DNA of 64,000 bases from Chiloscyllium plagiosum (lineage: Eukaryota), in contig NC_057747.1 in NCBI RefSeq assembly GCF_004010195.1, positions 17,496,036 through 17,560,035 on the forward strand, read 5' to 3'. Position numbers and translations under genes: made by a program. Shown here in pieces: positions 38,901 through 50,503 of the stretch. Numbering within the stretch: position 1 is the stretch's first letter; every line of letters begins with the position of its first letter. The notes beneath the pieces were generated by a model, which saw only the letters and a program-made list of their open reading frames with translations, had not been told where the DNA came from and did not search any database.

Positions 38901-41900
38901 CTCTACAAAAACTACAATTCAATAAATAACCAAGGAAAAGAAGAAAAATAAATAAACAAACAATAAAATTAAACCAAATTATAGCACATTAACTTAAATT
39001 ATATGCAATTAAATTACTACACACCATGCAATCTCACTGAAGCTCCCCACCACTAGGAGCAATAATAAGCAAACCCATACTTGTTAAGGATTCTTCCTCC
39101 CCCAGGGACCCCGGACCACCAGACACAACCCTCACAGCTACACAAAGGCTCTAATCAGTATAGTCGAGAAGTCTGCATCAATATAATTCAAAAAGGGCCG
39201 CCATGTTCTGTAAAACAACTCAGTTTTCTGGTGCACCATACTTGTAAGGAAGTCCAGGGGGATGTATTCCATGACTAACCTACGCCAGCTCAAACGTCCC
39301 AGGGGAATCTCTGACACCCAGCTCATTAGAATGTTCTTTCTCGCACAGAATGAAAGAATATTAAGCAATTTGGAAGACCCAAAAGGAGGGACACCGGATC
39401 CAACTTACCCTCAATTCCCAAAACCTCTTCCAAAACACTCGCTATGGCATCCCAATATCTGACCACACATAATGAGTGAGAGTGCCAATGTCCATTGGGG
39501 CACATGGGGGACACTCCTGTCTTAAATTTCGCAAGCCGTTCCAGTGCCAAGTGAACCCTATGGAGTAGCTTCAGTTGAATAGCCTGGATCTTATTGCAAA
39601 TTGAGATCTTCCTAACATTTTCCCAGATATCCTCCCGCGTCTCTGACGAGATTTCCACCCTCAATTCTTGAGTCCAAGTTCTGCATAGCTGCTCATGTCC
39701 TTCAAAACTTCCTAACAAGTGATAGAGTGCTAACCGAGAGGGTGCCTGTAAACTGGAGCACTCTCCTCTCCATATCTGACTTGTAGGGACTAACTATCAA
39801 TGTAGTCTTTTTTTGAATGAAGTCTGTAACCTGAAAGAGATCTCTCCTAGGTAACTTAAATTGCTGACTCAGCTGTTCAAAGGACATAATGACCTCCTTG
39901 TCAAATGGATTTCCCAAATAGGAGATTTCTCTGAACTCCCAGAGCTTAAAGCCAGAGTCCATCGACCCTGGCTGGAATCCCAACATTCCCACTGTGGGAG
40001 TGAAAGGGGAAGTTTTTTTTGTAAAATATATCATTCTCCATGCTTTAACTGTGTTTAGGACAATTGGGTTTCTGCAGTGGTCCATAACAGTTCTCATCTT
40101 GTCCACAAACAACAAATTAATGAGGGGGCATTTTGTCTGGGAGGCCTCAATGTCCTGAAGAAGGGCTAATGCCCGAAACGTCGATTCTCCTGTTCCCTAG
40201 ATGCTGCCTGACCTGCTGCGCTTTTCCAGCAACACATTTCCATCTCTGATCTCCAGCATCTGCAGACCTCATTTTCTCTTCAAAGGCCTCAATGTCCAAC
40301 CAGACAATGAGTTGGGACCTGACGGGCCCATTCAGCGACATAGGATAGTAAAGAACTCAAGGGTATTTCTTAAAGTCCAGAAAATCTAGACACCCCCTCT
40401 CCTGAGGAAGCTGCAATTTATCTAGAGTCGTATAGAGATGTATAGCATGGAACCAGACCCTTCGGTCCAACCTGTCCATGCCGACCAGATATCCCAACCC
40501 AATCTAGTCCCACCTGCCAGCACCCGGCCCATATCCCTCCAAACCCTTCCTACTACCTCTTAAATGTTGCAATTGTACCAGCCTCCACCACTTCCTCTGG
40601 CAGCTCATTTCACTCTCACCCTAAACCTATGCCCTATAGTTCTGGACTCCCTGACCCCAGGGAAAAGACTTTGCCTATTTACCCCATCCATGCCCCTCAT
40701 AATTTTGTAAACCTGTATAAGTCGCCCCTCAGCCTCCAACTGTCCAGGGAAAACAACCTCAGCCTGTTCATCCAGCTTAATATGAGGCAGCCTATGATGC
40801 CAAATAAAAGATCCAAGCCAGCTGTAAAGCCTGCGTAGTGCTTGCCTTGGCAGCATCAATGGGAGCATTCACATGGGATATAATAAGCAAGGAAGAACAT
40901 TCATTTTAACCAGAGCTATCCTGCCCAACCAAGATATTGGAAGGTCTTCCCTGTGCCGAAGGTCCAGCCTTATCTTCTCTAACAACTGTACATAGTTGGC
41001 TTTATATAATTGATCGAAGACCGGGGTGATAAAAACACCTAAATACAGAAAACCTCCCTGTGACCACCAGAAAGGGAAACGGGTTCCACCCCCAAAGTTG
41101 GATATACTGGTAAGACCCCCCCAACAGGCATGGCCTCCAATTTCATGAAATTAATTTTCCTGAAAACAAACCAAATAGATTAATCACTTGTATTAAGCGG
41201 GACACGGATGTCATTGGATCCGTTAAAAAGAGAAGAACGTTAATCACATAGAGGGTGATTTTCTGCCCGCCTGATCCTACCTCTGGGGCAGTTGTATTGG
41301 GATCAGTCCAAATGTCTTCTACCAGCAGCTCGATCAGTAGTGGCAAGAGAGGGCACCCTCGTGGGCAGCCTCTGCTGACACTAAAACTATCTGACCTTAT
41401 TATCCATTAGTGCGAATTGTTGCTTTCGGATAATTATACAACACTGCCACCCATTTGGCAAAAACCCCTCCAAGACCAAACCGTTCCATGACATAAAAGA
41501 GCTACGGCCACTCCACCCAATCAAGTGCTTTCTCTACATCGAGGGAGACTACTAAACCCAGGATCAATCTTTGCTGGCATATTTGGACCATATTTTGTAC
41601 TCTTCTAATATTGTTGGTAGACCTACAACCCTTAATAAAACCCCTCTAGTCCTCCTTTACAATGAAAGGCAATGCCATCTCCAACCTTTATGCCAGCATT
41701 TTCGACAGTAACAATATGGACCTGTACAAAGTGCAATCTTCTGGCGCTTTTCCTTTCTTAAGAATAAGAGAAATATTTGCTTCTCTTAAAGAAGATGGGA
41801 GGCAGCCCTGACTGAATGAGCTGGCATGGCCAGCTTGTCTATAAACTCCTTATAAAACTCACTTTGAAATCCATTTGGTCCGGGCGCTTTCCCACTCTGG

Positions 41901-44900
41901 AGCAGCCTCACCACCTCCTGTATTTCCTAAATTGTCAGGGGGACGTTCAGAAAGGACGCTGCTCTGAGGTTACACCCGGAAGGTCCAGGGTCTTAAAAAA
42001 GGATTCCACCTTCATCATTCTGTCCTCACAGCCTTCCGACCGGTACAGCTCACAGTAAAACTTTCTAAATGCTGCGTTAATTCTTTTGGCATTGCAAGTA
42101 AGAGTAGCAGCACTCTCTCTCTGATGGATGTAATAGATTGGGGGGGCGTTCTTCTTTCTGGCCAAGTATGCTAGATATCTACCCAGTTCATCACATACTT
42201 AAACAATTTCTGTTTCGCAAAAGAGATTTCCCTCTTTGCTGACTGGGTAAGTGCAACATTCAAAGTAGCCCTAAGGGCTGTAATCCGCTGCAATTTAGTT
42301 ACAGAAGGTCTGTCAAAGTATGCTAACTCAGCTGCCTCCAGGCGAGCCTTGAGCAAACGTTGCTGTTCTCCCTCTGTCGCTTCTGGGTCGCAGAGTAAGA
42401 AATAGTCAAACCCCGTGCCTGGCCTTGGCAATCTCCCAGAGCACCGATGGATTACTGGCCATACCTAAATTAATATCTCAAAAGATTTTAAACTCCCGTG
42501 AAAAATACTCTATAAGATTGCTATCTTTCAGGAGGAAAGGGTCTATGCGCCAATGCCAGGAGCCTATCCCATTACCGTCGGTCTTGACCTCCACGTACAC
42601 TGCCACATGACCAGAAACGGCTATGTTCCCTATTCTGCAAGACTGCACCGAGTTCAAAAAGGTCGATCAGACGAAAAAAGTGTCACATTTAGTATAGCAC
42701 TTATGTGGATTAGAAAAACAGGTAAAATCCCTATCTTCGAGGTGAAGACATCTCCACACATCCACCAACTCCAGCTCCCTGTTCAGGTCCACCAACTGCA
42801 TGGATTGTGGAGACATGCCTGCAAGGCCCCTAGGTATCCTGTCCACTTTGGGGTCAATAAAATGATTAAAGTCTCCCCCTATAATTGTATAACGCGCCCC
42901 AAGGACCATCAATCTAGAAAGTGCATCCGTTAAGAATTTAAGGAGATGTGTCGGGGGGGTTGGGTGGGCCGGGCAATATACATTCAGAATCCCATATTCC
43001 TCTCCATGTATTAAAGCTTTAAGAATTATGAATTGCTCACACTCATTCTTAATTTGGCCTAGCATTTGAAATGGGAGATTTTTCTGGATGAGAATAGCAG
43101 CTCCTCTACTTCTCAAATTAAAGAATGAGAAAAATACCTGGCCAAATCCTCCCTATTGCAACTTCAAATGCTCCTTCTCGGTCAAATGTGTTTCTTGCAA
43201 CAAGGCTACATGACCATCTCTTTTCTAAGGCTTGACAGTATATTTTTTCTCTTAATTGGTGAATGACTCCCCTTAACATTCCAGGCACACCATTTAAAAG
43301 AATGGCTAGCCATGATCGTCCAAAACAGTCAGTGATCCCCTGGGAGGAAGAATCCCACTCATAGCACGCCGAGTGAAAACCACAAGCAGTTTGTATAAAA
43401 TGCAACTTCCAAAACTACCAAATCAAAACTTCTAACAACTATTTCTACAACATACCAATATATAACAAATGAAAGGAGACTTTCCCCCTTGTCTACAAGG
43501 GCGCGCTCATACCACCCATTAGCCCCACCATGACTCCTTCTGGCTGAAGCCATAGTCCTGCCCAGACAATACAAAGTAAGAACAAAAATACAAATATCTT
43601 GTAACAAGAAAGTTAAAAGTGGGCACTCAGCCCATGCCCTCCATACTGTAGAAGGTTTTCCTGAAGAAGGGCTTATGCCCGAAACGTCAATTCTCCTGTT
43701 CCCTGGACCAGCAACACATTTTCAGCTCTGATCTCCAGCATCTGCAGACCTCACTTTCTCCTCCATACTGTAACCCTAGCACTCCTGATAGAACAAAAAA
43801 ACCACTCCCCGTTTCCTCCCACCGCCCACCCCCCCCCATCTCAAAATGGAAAAGACGAATAAAAGGAAATAATAAGAAGAGAAAACCCAGGAAAATAAAG
43901 GATGATGGGAACGGAGAGAGAAAGGGGAGGAAAGAAAAAAAAGGAAAATAATTATGACCCCGACACATATTAAAAAAAACAAGACCACCCTCCAACAACC
44001 AGGTAAACCTGGCAAATTACAGAGAAAAATAAAATAAACATAATTGTCCATATTATTAAAGCCAGTCAGTCTATTTTAAAGTATCCAAGAAATCCTTTGC
44101 CTTTTCCGGTGAATCAAAATTGAACACGGACCGTCCGTGGCTGAAATGCGGTATTGCCGGATATCTAACAGAATACTGGATAGTCAAGTTCCTCAGCCAC
44201 CTTTTTACCTCATCAAAGGCGTTCCTCTTGTGAATCACAACCAGAGAGAAGTCCTGGAAAAGCATAATTTGTGATCCTTTATACATCAGAGCCTGAGGAT
44301 CCTTCCCTCGTGCTCTAGAGGTTTCCAGCATCATTGCTTATCTCTATAATGCTGGAGTCGCACTAGGACTGGGCGGGGGTGCTGGTCTGATCCGGGCCTG
44401 TGCACTGTGACCCGGTGGGCCTGCTCGACCTTCACATGGCCTACCTCGACTTTCAGCCTCAGAAACTGTGGGAGCCACTGCTCCAAGAAGCTGATGAGCT
44501 GACCTTCCTCCTCCCATTCAGGAAGCCCCACCAAACGGATGTTCTTCCGATGACCTTGATTTTCGAGTTTGTCGACCTGCTCCTCCAAGGCCTGCACTCG
44601 GCATTCTAGGGCCTGTATCCAACCGCTGAGGATTCTGCTGCGGTCGCAGAAGCCATGGCCTGTTGCTCCGCCTCCCCAACATGCTGTCCGAGGTGCTGGA
44701 TCTCCTGGTCATGCCTCTGCAGCATGACTGAGGTTGATTCAAGTCTGGCCCAAGTCTGGCTCCTCTGTCGACGAATCGATCTCCTCTCAGAGTCTCACGA
44801 ACTCCGAGATCAGGCTCTGCCCCATAGGTGAGTCCCCTGAGGTGGTCACAGAGACGGGGGTGCGGCCACAGATGTGTCCATTGTTCCTGCCTGATGCGAT

Positions 44901-47900
44901 CCTCATGCTACATTCCCTTTGGTCGTTTTCTTGACAATTTAAAACTGATACTAGATGGTTCTAGGGGTCAAGAAATGGTTATTTCCAGCACATTAAGTAG
45001 TAAAGAGAGGGTGGGTGCCCTACTTTGGGTTCTGGTGCAGAGCTCAGCAAAGCAGACCTACTGGGTCACCGCCATCTTGGATTCCCAAAATCTATTTTAA
45101 AGGACACTGAAAATAATGGTAGAATTAGGCAAAAATGTATTTAGCTATTCATTCATGGATTTTTGGAAGGGAAATCATGTTTGACAAACTATTAGAGTTA
45201 TTATGAGGAGAACCAATGGAAGTACTGTATTTTTACTTTCAGAAGATCTTTAGGAAAGGTCCCACCACAGATTAGTAAACAACATTAGAACACGTGATTA
45301 CTGGAAACATATCAGTATGAATTGAAAATAGGTTAATACACAGACAGCAGAGAATAGAAATAAATGGATCATTCTCAGGAAGACAGGCTGTTTCTGGTGG
45401 AGTACCAGTGCTAGGCCTGCAGCAGCTCAAAATGTACATAAATGATACAAGGGCCAAAAGTAATATTTTCAAATTTACTAGTGACACAAAGCGAGGTGAG
45501 AATGTAAGTTGTAAAGAAGATGCAAGGAAGCTTCAAATGGACTAGATCACTTAATTAGATGGACAAGACATGGGTGGTGGAATATAATGTGAATACATGA
45601 AAAGTTACTTGCTGCTTTCTCCTGAATGGTGTCAAGATTCATGAGTGTTTTTGAAGCTGCACTCATTCGGGGAAATGGCAAGTAAAACACCACAGTCCTG
45701 TTTTGTGTCTGTTGATGGTGGATAGGCTTTAGGGAGTCAGTGAGTGAGTTATTCACTGCAGAATTCCCAACCTCTGACCTGTTGTCGATGCCATGATATT
45801 TGCACAGCTGGTCCAGTTAAGCTTCTGGTCAACAGTAACTCCCAGAATGTTGATAATGGGGGAATTCAGTGATGGTGATGCCAATGAATGTCAAGGGGGT
45901 GATGATTGGATTCTCTGTTCAGCCATTTCAGTTTGCTACACCTCAGTTGAATAACCTGGTTTCTTGTCACAAAATAGTGTAGCTTTTACACTTAATATTC
46001 AGCCACAATGTCTACGCTGTGTGCAAACCACTGGTCTACATCTAATTCATTGGCAGCAATAATCTTCAGTGCAGTCCAAATTTTAAAACACGTGGAACCA
46101 TTTCATTTTCAAATTATTCAATAATATTTGAGAACACAGTAAATTCCTTCAGAAATTTTATAACAGACAATTCAGAAACTAGTAAAATGCAGTCTGTGTT
46201 GTGAATTGGGAGGGGTGTATTCGGAGTGAGTCAGTGAGGGGTCAGATGTTCCTGTACAGATGGGATGGGAGAGGAATACACTTTCCACTCTGCCAAACTC
46301 ATTCACTTCTTGGCAGCTGGTTAAAATTTGATACTGGCATTTACTGAAAGCTTGCTCCCCTGAAGAAGTGATGTATTTTGATTATTGAAAAACTTGTTTT
46401 GTGATATTGTGGTAACCTACTATTTCAGTAATGAGAGAGCATGATTCTAAATGGGAAAATGCAAATACTCATTGATGATAAAATCCTGTAATCCTTCATT
46501 ACTACAAAGCCCTAGGAATTTGGGTGTGCCCATTTTCCAACCAGTTCCATAATCAAGGTGAAATAATATAACTTATTTTGTTGCTACAGACATTAAGTAA
46601 GGCTGGTTTCCTGTCTCTTATTTGCAAAGTATACACTGCTTAAGGCAGAATACAATCCCTACGGTGTGGAAACAAGCTATTTGATCCAACAAGTCCACAC
46701 TGACTCTTTGAAGAGCATCCCAACCAGACTCACCGCCCCCCCACCCCCCACCTTCCTATCACCCTGCATTTCTAATGGCGAGCCCACCTAACCTACATAT
46801 CCCTGGACGCTGTGATTTAGCATTGACAATCCACCTAACCTGCAAATCTATGTATTGTGGGGGAAAACAAGCACCCGTCGGAAACCCGCATAGGCAAGGG
46901 GAGAACATGCAAACTCCACACAGTCAGTCGCCCGAGGCTGGAATTGAACCTGGGTTCCTGGCACTGTGAGGCAGCTGTGCTAACCACTGAACCACCGTGC
47001 CACTCCCAAAAGGTGTGGCTGAAGGATGCTTTTTGTTTGTGTACATTGAAAATAATGGTTGTTATATTTTCAATGAAAAGTACGATGTACATTTCTGACT
47101 TGCCATTTTGTTGACTTAGAGGCTGCATCACTCCTGAGAAGTGAATGCCACAAGGCTATAGTTAATATCAGATAATATTAATTTAGTTTATCTTCCCACA
47201 TCTAGGCTATTACTGGGATGGCAATTGATAATCATTTACTTGGACTGCGGCAGATGGCAAAGGAACTGCAAATGGATTTACCTAAATTATTCACTGATGA
47301 AACATACCTAATAAGTAACCATTTTACCCTCTCCACCAGCCAGGTCAGTGTCAAAACACCATTAAACTATGATTATTAATTAGATTCTCACTTAACCAAT
47401 TCAAATAAACAATTGCAGATGAGACATCCATATCCAATACCATGGAGTGATAGACCTCAAATCTCCACATGATGTTTCTACTCCAGGATTATGTTGGGTA
47501 GGAGTTGGCAAAGTCCTCAGAAGTAGAGATATTAAAGTCGGTTGCGCCTGGTATACCTAAGTGATCTCCCATCAAAGCATTAACCAGCCTACATCTGACT
47601 AGATTCTCAAATTAGTCAAGATCTGAAGGTTCCAGACAAGTATGGACACAGACTGCATTGGGAAGAGTATTATCGACTATTTAAAACTATGCAAAATATT
47701 AAATCTATGACATGTTGAACATTTGTCATAGCAGCATTGTTCAAATAATGTCACCATTCTGTATGCACAACTGTGTAAATGCAGACAAAAGATTGTTGTT
47801 TAATAAGTCAATGGGAAACACTTAAGATTTACCCATATTTCAGCAAAGTGGAACAGGTAAATGTAAAGTAGCTGTGTACTCAATCAAGCTCATAGCTCAA

Positions 47901-48201
47901 GATCATTAAGTGTTCCATTACTCCACAGGTACCAACTACAATGGAGGGCTTTCTGTTTTATGGGCCTGTAGTTCCAGATGGTTATGGTGCTTCCTACAAT
48001 CCACACTTAGACCATATCATCTTCTGCATTTCTTGCTTTAATGATTGCAAGGAGACCTCTTCTACCATGTTTGCAAAAGCTGTGGAAAAGAGTTTTATTC
48101 AGATGAAGGAGCTGTGCGTTAAGTACAACACCAAAGCCAAGCAAAGCTTCATGGGGAATATAACACAGAAGGTTCAAAATGGAAGGAAGTTGTATCATTA
48201 A
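10173..48201 (+). CDS. CHAT: Choline O-acetyltransferase, 14 coding exons, 641 aa
   Basis: join(10173-10235,10826-11017,13365-13483,14153-14206,16966-17146,17465-17642,23898-24067,28496-28596,29564-29692,30090-30212,33627-33768,36038-36100,47206-47343,47929-48201) = 1926 nt, open, all GT-AG. Motifs [60 protein letters not shown]. Confidence 0.96.
10826..11017 (+). CDS. CHAT: CHAT coding exon 2 ([11 protein letters not shown]...REANW)
   Basis: tgcag| ... |gtaaat, 192 nt. Confidence 0.95.
11400..11690 (+). mobile_element. tRNA-derived shark-type (HE1-like) SINE
   Basis: tcagtggttagcactgctgcctcacagcgccagg head and ggagtttgcacattctccccgtg body; homologous copies at 19277, 46650 and 49525. Confidence 0.75.
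11705..12220 (-). mobile_element. CR1 LINE 3' fragment
   Basis: Similar to 52851-53612; gagtcata tail repeats. Confidence 0.7.
12562..13030 (+). mobile_element. CR1 LINE 3' fragment
   Basis: [30 protein letters not shown]...RGDLIEVYK, typical of the CR1 ORF2 C-terminus. Confidence 0.9.
13365..13483 (+). CDS. CHAT: CHAT coding exon 3 ([11 protein letters not shown]...NSSPG...DQL)
   Basis: 119 nt; acceptor ctgag (rare GAG), donor gtacga. Confidence 0.93.
14153..14206 (+). CDS. CHAT: CHAT coding exon 4 ([17 protein letters not shown])
   Basis: 54 nt; ttacag| ... |gtaagt. Confidence 0.93.
16966..17146 (+). CDS. CHAT: CHAT coding exon 5 ([22 protein letters not shown]...ACQNQ)
   Basis: 181 nt; ttcag| ... 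|gtgaga. Confidence 0.95.
17465..17642 (+). CDS. CHAT: CHAT coding exon 6 ([13 protein letters not shown]...[17 protein letters not shown])
   Basis: 178 nt; ccag| ... |gtgaga. Confidence 0.95.
18666..20448 (-). mobile_element. Penelope-like retroelement relic with inverted arms and a 13-bp TSD (TAGATCCATGTTA at 18653-18665 and 20449-20461)
   Basis: Minus-strand RT C-terminus LPFLDV...[19 protein letters not shown]; GIY-YIG-like [17 protein letters not shown] in the + arm; about 18705-19190 and 19935-20448 are inverted copies. Confidence 0.85.
19277..19585 (-). mobile_element. HE1-like SINE nested in the Penelope element
   Basis: Reverse copy of the 11400 SINE, flanked by GAGTAG (19271-19276 and 19590-19595). 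Confidence 0.8.
20604..20744. mobile_element. Short fold-back insert of the Penelope-associated family, 13-bp TSD CATAACCTTATAC
   Basis: TSD at 20591-20603 and 20745-20757; hairpin ggagaatcgacatttcgggcataag / cttatgcccgaaacgtcgattctcc. Confidence 0.8.
23898..24067 (+). CDS. CHAT: CHAT coding exon 7 ([14 protein letters not shown]...HGG...NRWYDKTMQ)
   Basis: 170 nt; ttgcag| ... |gtaatg. Confidence 0.95.
24440..26470 (+). mobile_element. Degenerate CR1 LINE (RT to 3' tail), interrupted by the insert at 25746-26317
   Basis: ORF fragments [28 protein letters not shown]; frameshifts and stops. Confidence 0.88.
25746..26317 (+). mobile_element. Penelope-like fragment inserted in CR1, 11-bp TSD GACAGAGATAG
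   Basis: Reads [29 protein letters not shown] (LSKGLxF motif typical of Penelope ORFs), fused to the gatgctgcctga..cttttccagcacc tail; TSD at 25735-25745 and 26318-26328. Confidence 0.7.
26905..27895 (-). mobile_element. CR1 LINE fragment, nested in a + strand CR1 relic (about 26790-28330)
   Basis: Minus ORF LHFGKTN...[13 protein letters not shown]; the flanking + CR1 text resumes after about 27900. Confidence 0.8.
28496..28596 (+). CDS. CHAT: CHAT coding exon 8 with the catalytic His ([33 protein letters not shown])
   Basis: 101 nt; tgcag| ... |gtacgt; His codon at 28538-28540. Confidence 0.95.
29564..29692 (+). CDS. CHAT: CHAT coding exon 9 ([22 protein letters not shown])
   Basis: 129 nt; aacag| ... 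|gtacag. Confidence 0.95.
30090..30212 (+). CDS. CHAT: CHAT coding exon 10 ([26 protein letters not shown])
   Basis: 123 nt; ttccag| ... |gtaagt. Confidence 0.95.
33627..33768 (+). CDS. CHAT: CHAT coding exon 11 ([23 protein letters not shown])
   Basis: 142 nt; atccag| ... |gtgagt. Confidence 0.95.
35917..35962. repeat. (GT)23 microsatellite
   Basis: Perfect dinucleotide run about 75 nt upstream of the exon 12 acceptor. Confidence 0.97.
36038..36100 (+). CDS. CHAT: CHAT coding exon 12 ([21 protein letters not shown])
   Basis: 63 nt; attag| ... |gtaagt. Confidence 0.93.
36775..37310 (-). mobile_element. Old LINE 3' fragment (Rex1/Babar-like)
   Basis: Minus ORF ends [23 protein letters not shown], a C-terminal motif typical of this clade. 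Confidence 0.55.
40156..40283 (+). mobile_element. Short hammerhead-core insert nested in the L1, 14-bp TSD AGGCCTCAATGTCC
   Basis: TSD at 40142-40155 and 40284-40297; CTGAAGA-A-GGGC-TAAT-GCCC-GAAAC-GTC. Confidence 0.8.
40425..40770 (-). mobile_element. CR1 3' fragment nested in the L1
   Basis: Closely similar to the reverse complement of about 54950-55360. Confidence 0.8.
43651..43759 (+). mobile_element. Short hammerhead-core insert nested in the L1, 13-bp TSD CCTCCATACTGTA
   Basis: TSD at 43638-43650 and 43760-43772; core at 43661-43688. Confidence 0.8.
46650..47003 (-). mobile_element. HE1-like SINE
   Basis: Homologous to 19277-19585. Confidence 0.75.
47206..47343 (+). CDS. CHAT: CHAT coding exon 13 ([15 protein letters not shown]...FTLSTSQ)
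   Basis: 138 nt; tctag| ... |gtcagt. Confidence 0.95.
47929..48201 (+). CDS. CHAT: CHAT coding exon 14 ([25 protein letters not shown]...stop)
   Basis: ccacag| acceptor; TAA at 48199-48201. Confidence 0.95.
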   Translation, partial: VPTTMEGFLFYGPVVPDGYGASYNPHLDHIIFCISCFNDCKETSSTMFAKAVEKSFIQMKELCVKYNTKAKQSFMGNITQKVQNGRKLYH

Positions 48202-49409
48202 AGTTCTCAGACTGTTGTACTGTGAAATGCATAAATGGTCATTTCTCTATGCAAAAGAATAGCATACTGTTATCAGTCTTAATCCATTTAGTAGCTGTAT
48301 AGAATCTGAAAAAACATTTACTTGCCACTGTTCATGCACTATGAACAAAGAAATCACAAGTTTGTTAAATTATAGAATTAGCTCTAATGTTTTTACCATG
48401 AAAAATAGAAAAAAAAATCTCTCTCTCTCTATAATGATACATATATGTTGCACATCAGTCCAGGATAGATTGGTCTGCCAAATGTTTTGATGATAATCAG
48501 CAATGCAATTTAATCCAAAACATATAACTCATGTCTGTATTGTTTATGCAACACAAGAAGATAATGTATTTTGCTTATTGAAGAACTTGTTTTGTGATAT
48601 TGTGGTAACAAAATCATGAAAGCTAGAGAATTAAATAATTTTGTTAACCATATCATTTGAATCAAGTTGAACAGTAAAGTTTCTTTTTGGTCATTTGTTT
48701 TTAAGTAAATTACAAAATTGTTGTGCTAAAAAAATGTGCTGTAGTTCGAGAATATGAGTCTATCTGTAACTGTTTCACATGTGAGTCTTACTGGAAGTAT
48801 TCTTGTATCACTTATCGTAGCAATAGAATGTAAAATATAGCTCTGAAACGAGCGCTGGTGCAGTCATAATCCTGGCTGTATTCTTCCAGGGCGAAGACAT
48901 GTGGTGTGCTTTGTTCTGTAAATAATTGTGGTGATTAATAATTGCCTCATTGCCTCTCTAAATGCCAATCAGATGAAACTATTTTTATTTAAATGTCAGG
49001 ATTATTGGAGTCCTGCTTTTATTTATATAAATTATAATTATGCAACAAAAGAAACATATTTTAGAAATTAATTATAGAAAAGTCAAATATATATGTACAA
49101 TCAGTACAGTATAAACGTATATTGTACATAATACATCTGTTGGAGAAGCATGTTCAGAGGAAATTCTCATAATTCATGCTGGAAACTAACAAAAGTTCTC
49201 TGTATTTTTCACTATATTTTACTTTCAAAATGTGTATTTCTTGTTGAAATGTAAAATCAGTGTGTGTGAGTGGAGTGTTATTAATTTTATGTTCACTGTA
49301 CAATGACAAATTTTATCCTTTAACACTGCCTATAGAGGCAGATTGCTGAAGAGTTGGTGCATTTGAACAAGTGAAAGGAAAAAAAACAGACAATTGTGCA
49401 ATACTGTTC

Positions 49410-49415
49410 AATAAA
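49410..49415 (+). terminator. Candidate CHAT polyadenylation signal AATAAA
   Basis: Hexamer at the end of about 1.2 kb of AT-rich 3'UTR-like sequence, just before repeats resume. Confidence 0.4.
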
Positions 49416-49459
49416 TTGCTTATTGTGAAAACAGTGAATGATCATTATAAGTCCACAAA

Positions 49460-50215
49460 TACTGACAAGAGATTTACTAGAATGTTGCCAGGAATGGAGG
49501 GTTTGAGTTATAAGGAGATGCTGGATGATTAGATTAGATTCCCTATAAGTGCAGAAACAGCCCAACAAGTCTACACCAACCCTCCGAAGAGGAACCCACC
49601 CCCCTACCCTATATTTACCCCTGACTAATGCACCTAACACTATGGACAATTTAGCATGGCCAATTCACATCTGAGTTGCACATCTTTGGATTGTGGGAGG
49701 AAACCCACACAGACACAGGGAGCATGTGCAAACATGACACACAGAAAGTCACCCAAGGCGGGAATATGAACCCAGGTCCCTGGCACTGTGAGGCAGCAGT
49801 GAGCTACCATGCCACCTGGATAGGCTAGAACATTTTTCACTGGAGTTTAGGAGCTTGAAGGGTGACATTATAGAGGTTTATAAAATCACGAGGAGTATGG
49901 ATAAGGTAAACGGCTGGTGTCTTTTCCCTAGTGGGGGATTTCAAGACCAGGGGGCCTATTCTTAATGTGTGAGAAGAAAGATTTTAAAAAGACAGTAGGG
50001 GTATTTTTTTTAACAGTGTGTGGAATGAATTTCCAGAGGAAGTTGAATGCATATACAGTTACAACATTTAAAAGACATTTAGATAAGGACATGAATAAGA
50101 AATATTGGAGGGATATGGGCCAAACGTAGACAGGTGGGACTACTTAAGTTTGGGATTATGGTTAACATGGACTTGTTAACTGAAGGATGTGGTTCTATGC
50201 TGCATGACTCTTCTC
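49460..50215 (+). mobile_element. CR1 3' fragment with a nested minus-strand SINE (about 49525-49815)
   Basis: CR1 text agatttactagaatgttgccagg resumes after the SINE at ggataggctag. Confidence 0.75.
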
Positions 50216-50503
50216 TATGACCTGTGCTGATTGCTAATTCTACCAGAGTGCCTCCATCTCAGAAGATGCCCATTATCAGTTTGCTGTATCCCAAGCCAAA
50301 AGCAATACCGAGAATATTTCCTCTCATTTCAGTAACAAACACATTAAAATGATAATATTACAAAAGTACATTACAGTCCTGATCTTTGCCTATCTAGCTT
50401 TGCTACTGATTATGGATTTAGTATTTTGGAAAAGAAGCATTTTACTTGTAAAAAGACTTGAAAATTTAGACCTTTTCCTGTAATTGAAACAGAAAAAGAT
50501 CAG

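Larger units (their letters stand above)
38746..45086 (-). mobile_element. Full-length but decayed L1-clade LINE (5'UTR, ORF1, ORF2 APE/RT, A-rich tail) inserted in an older CR1
   Basis: ORF1 pieces [28 protein letters not shown] (44071-44597); APE RGAAILI..IIGGDFN..DVWR (42667-43116); 5' end GGGAATCCAAGATGGCGG; T-rich 3' end on + strand; flanking AAAATCT at 38739-38745 and 45087-45093. Confidence 0.88.
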
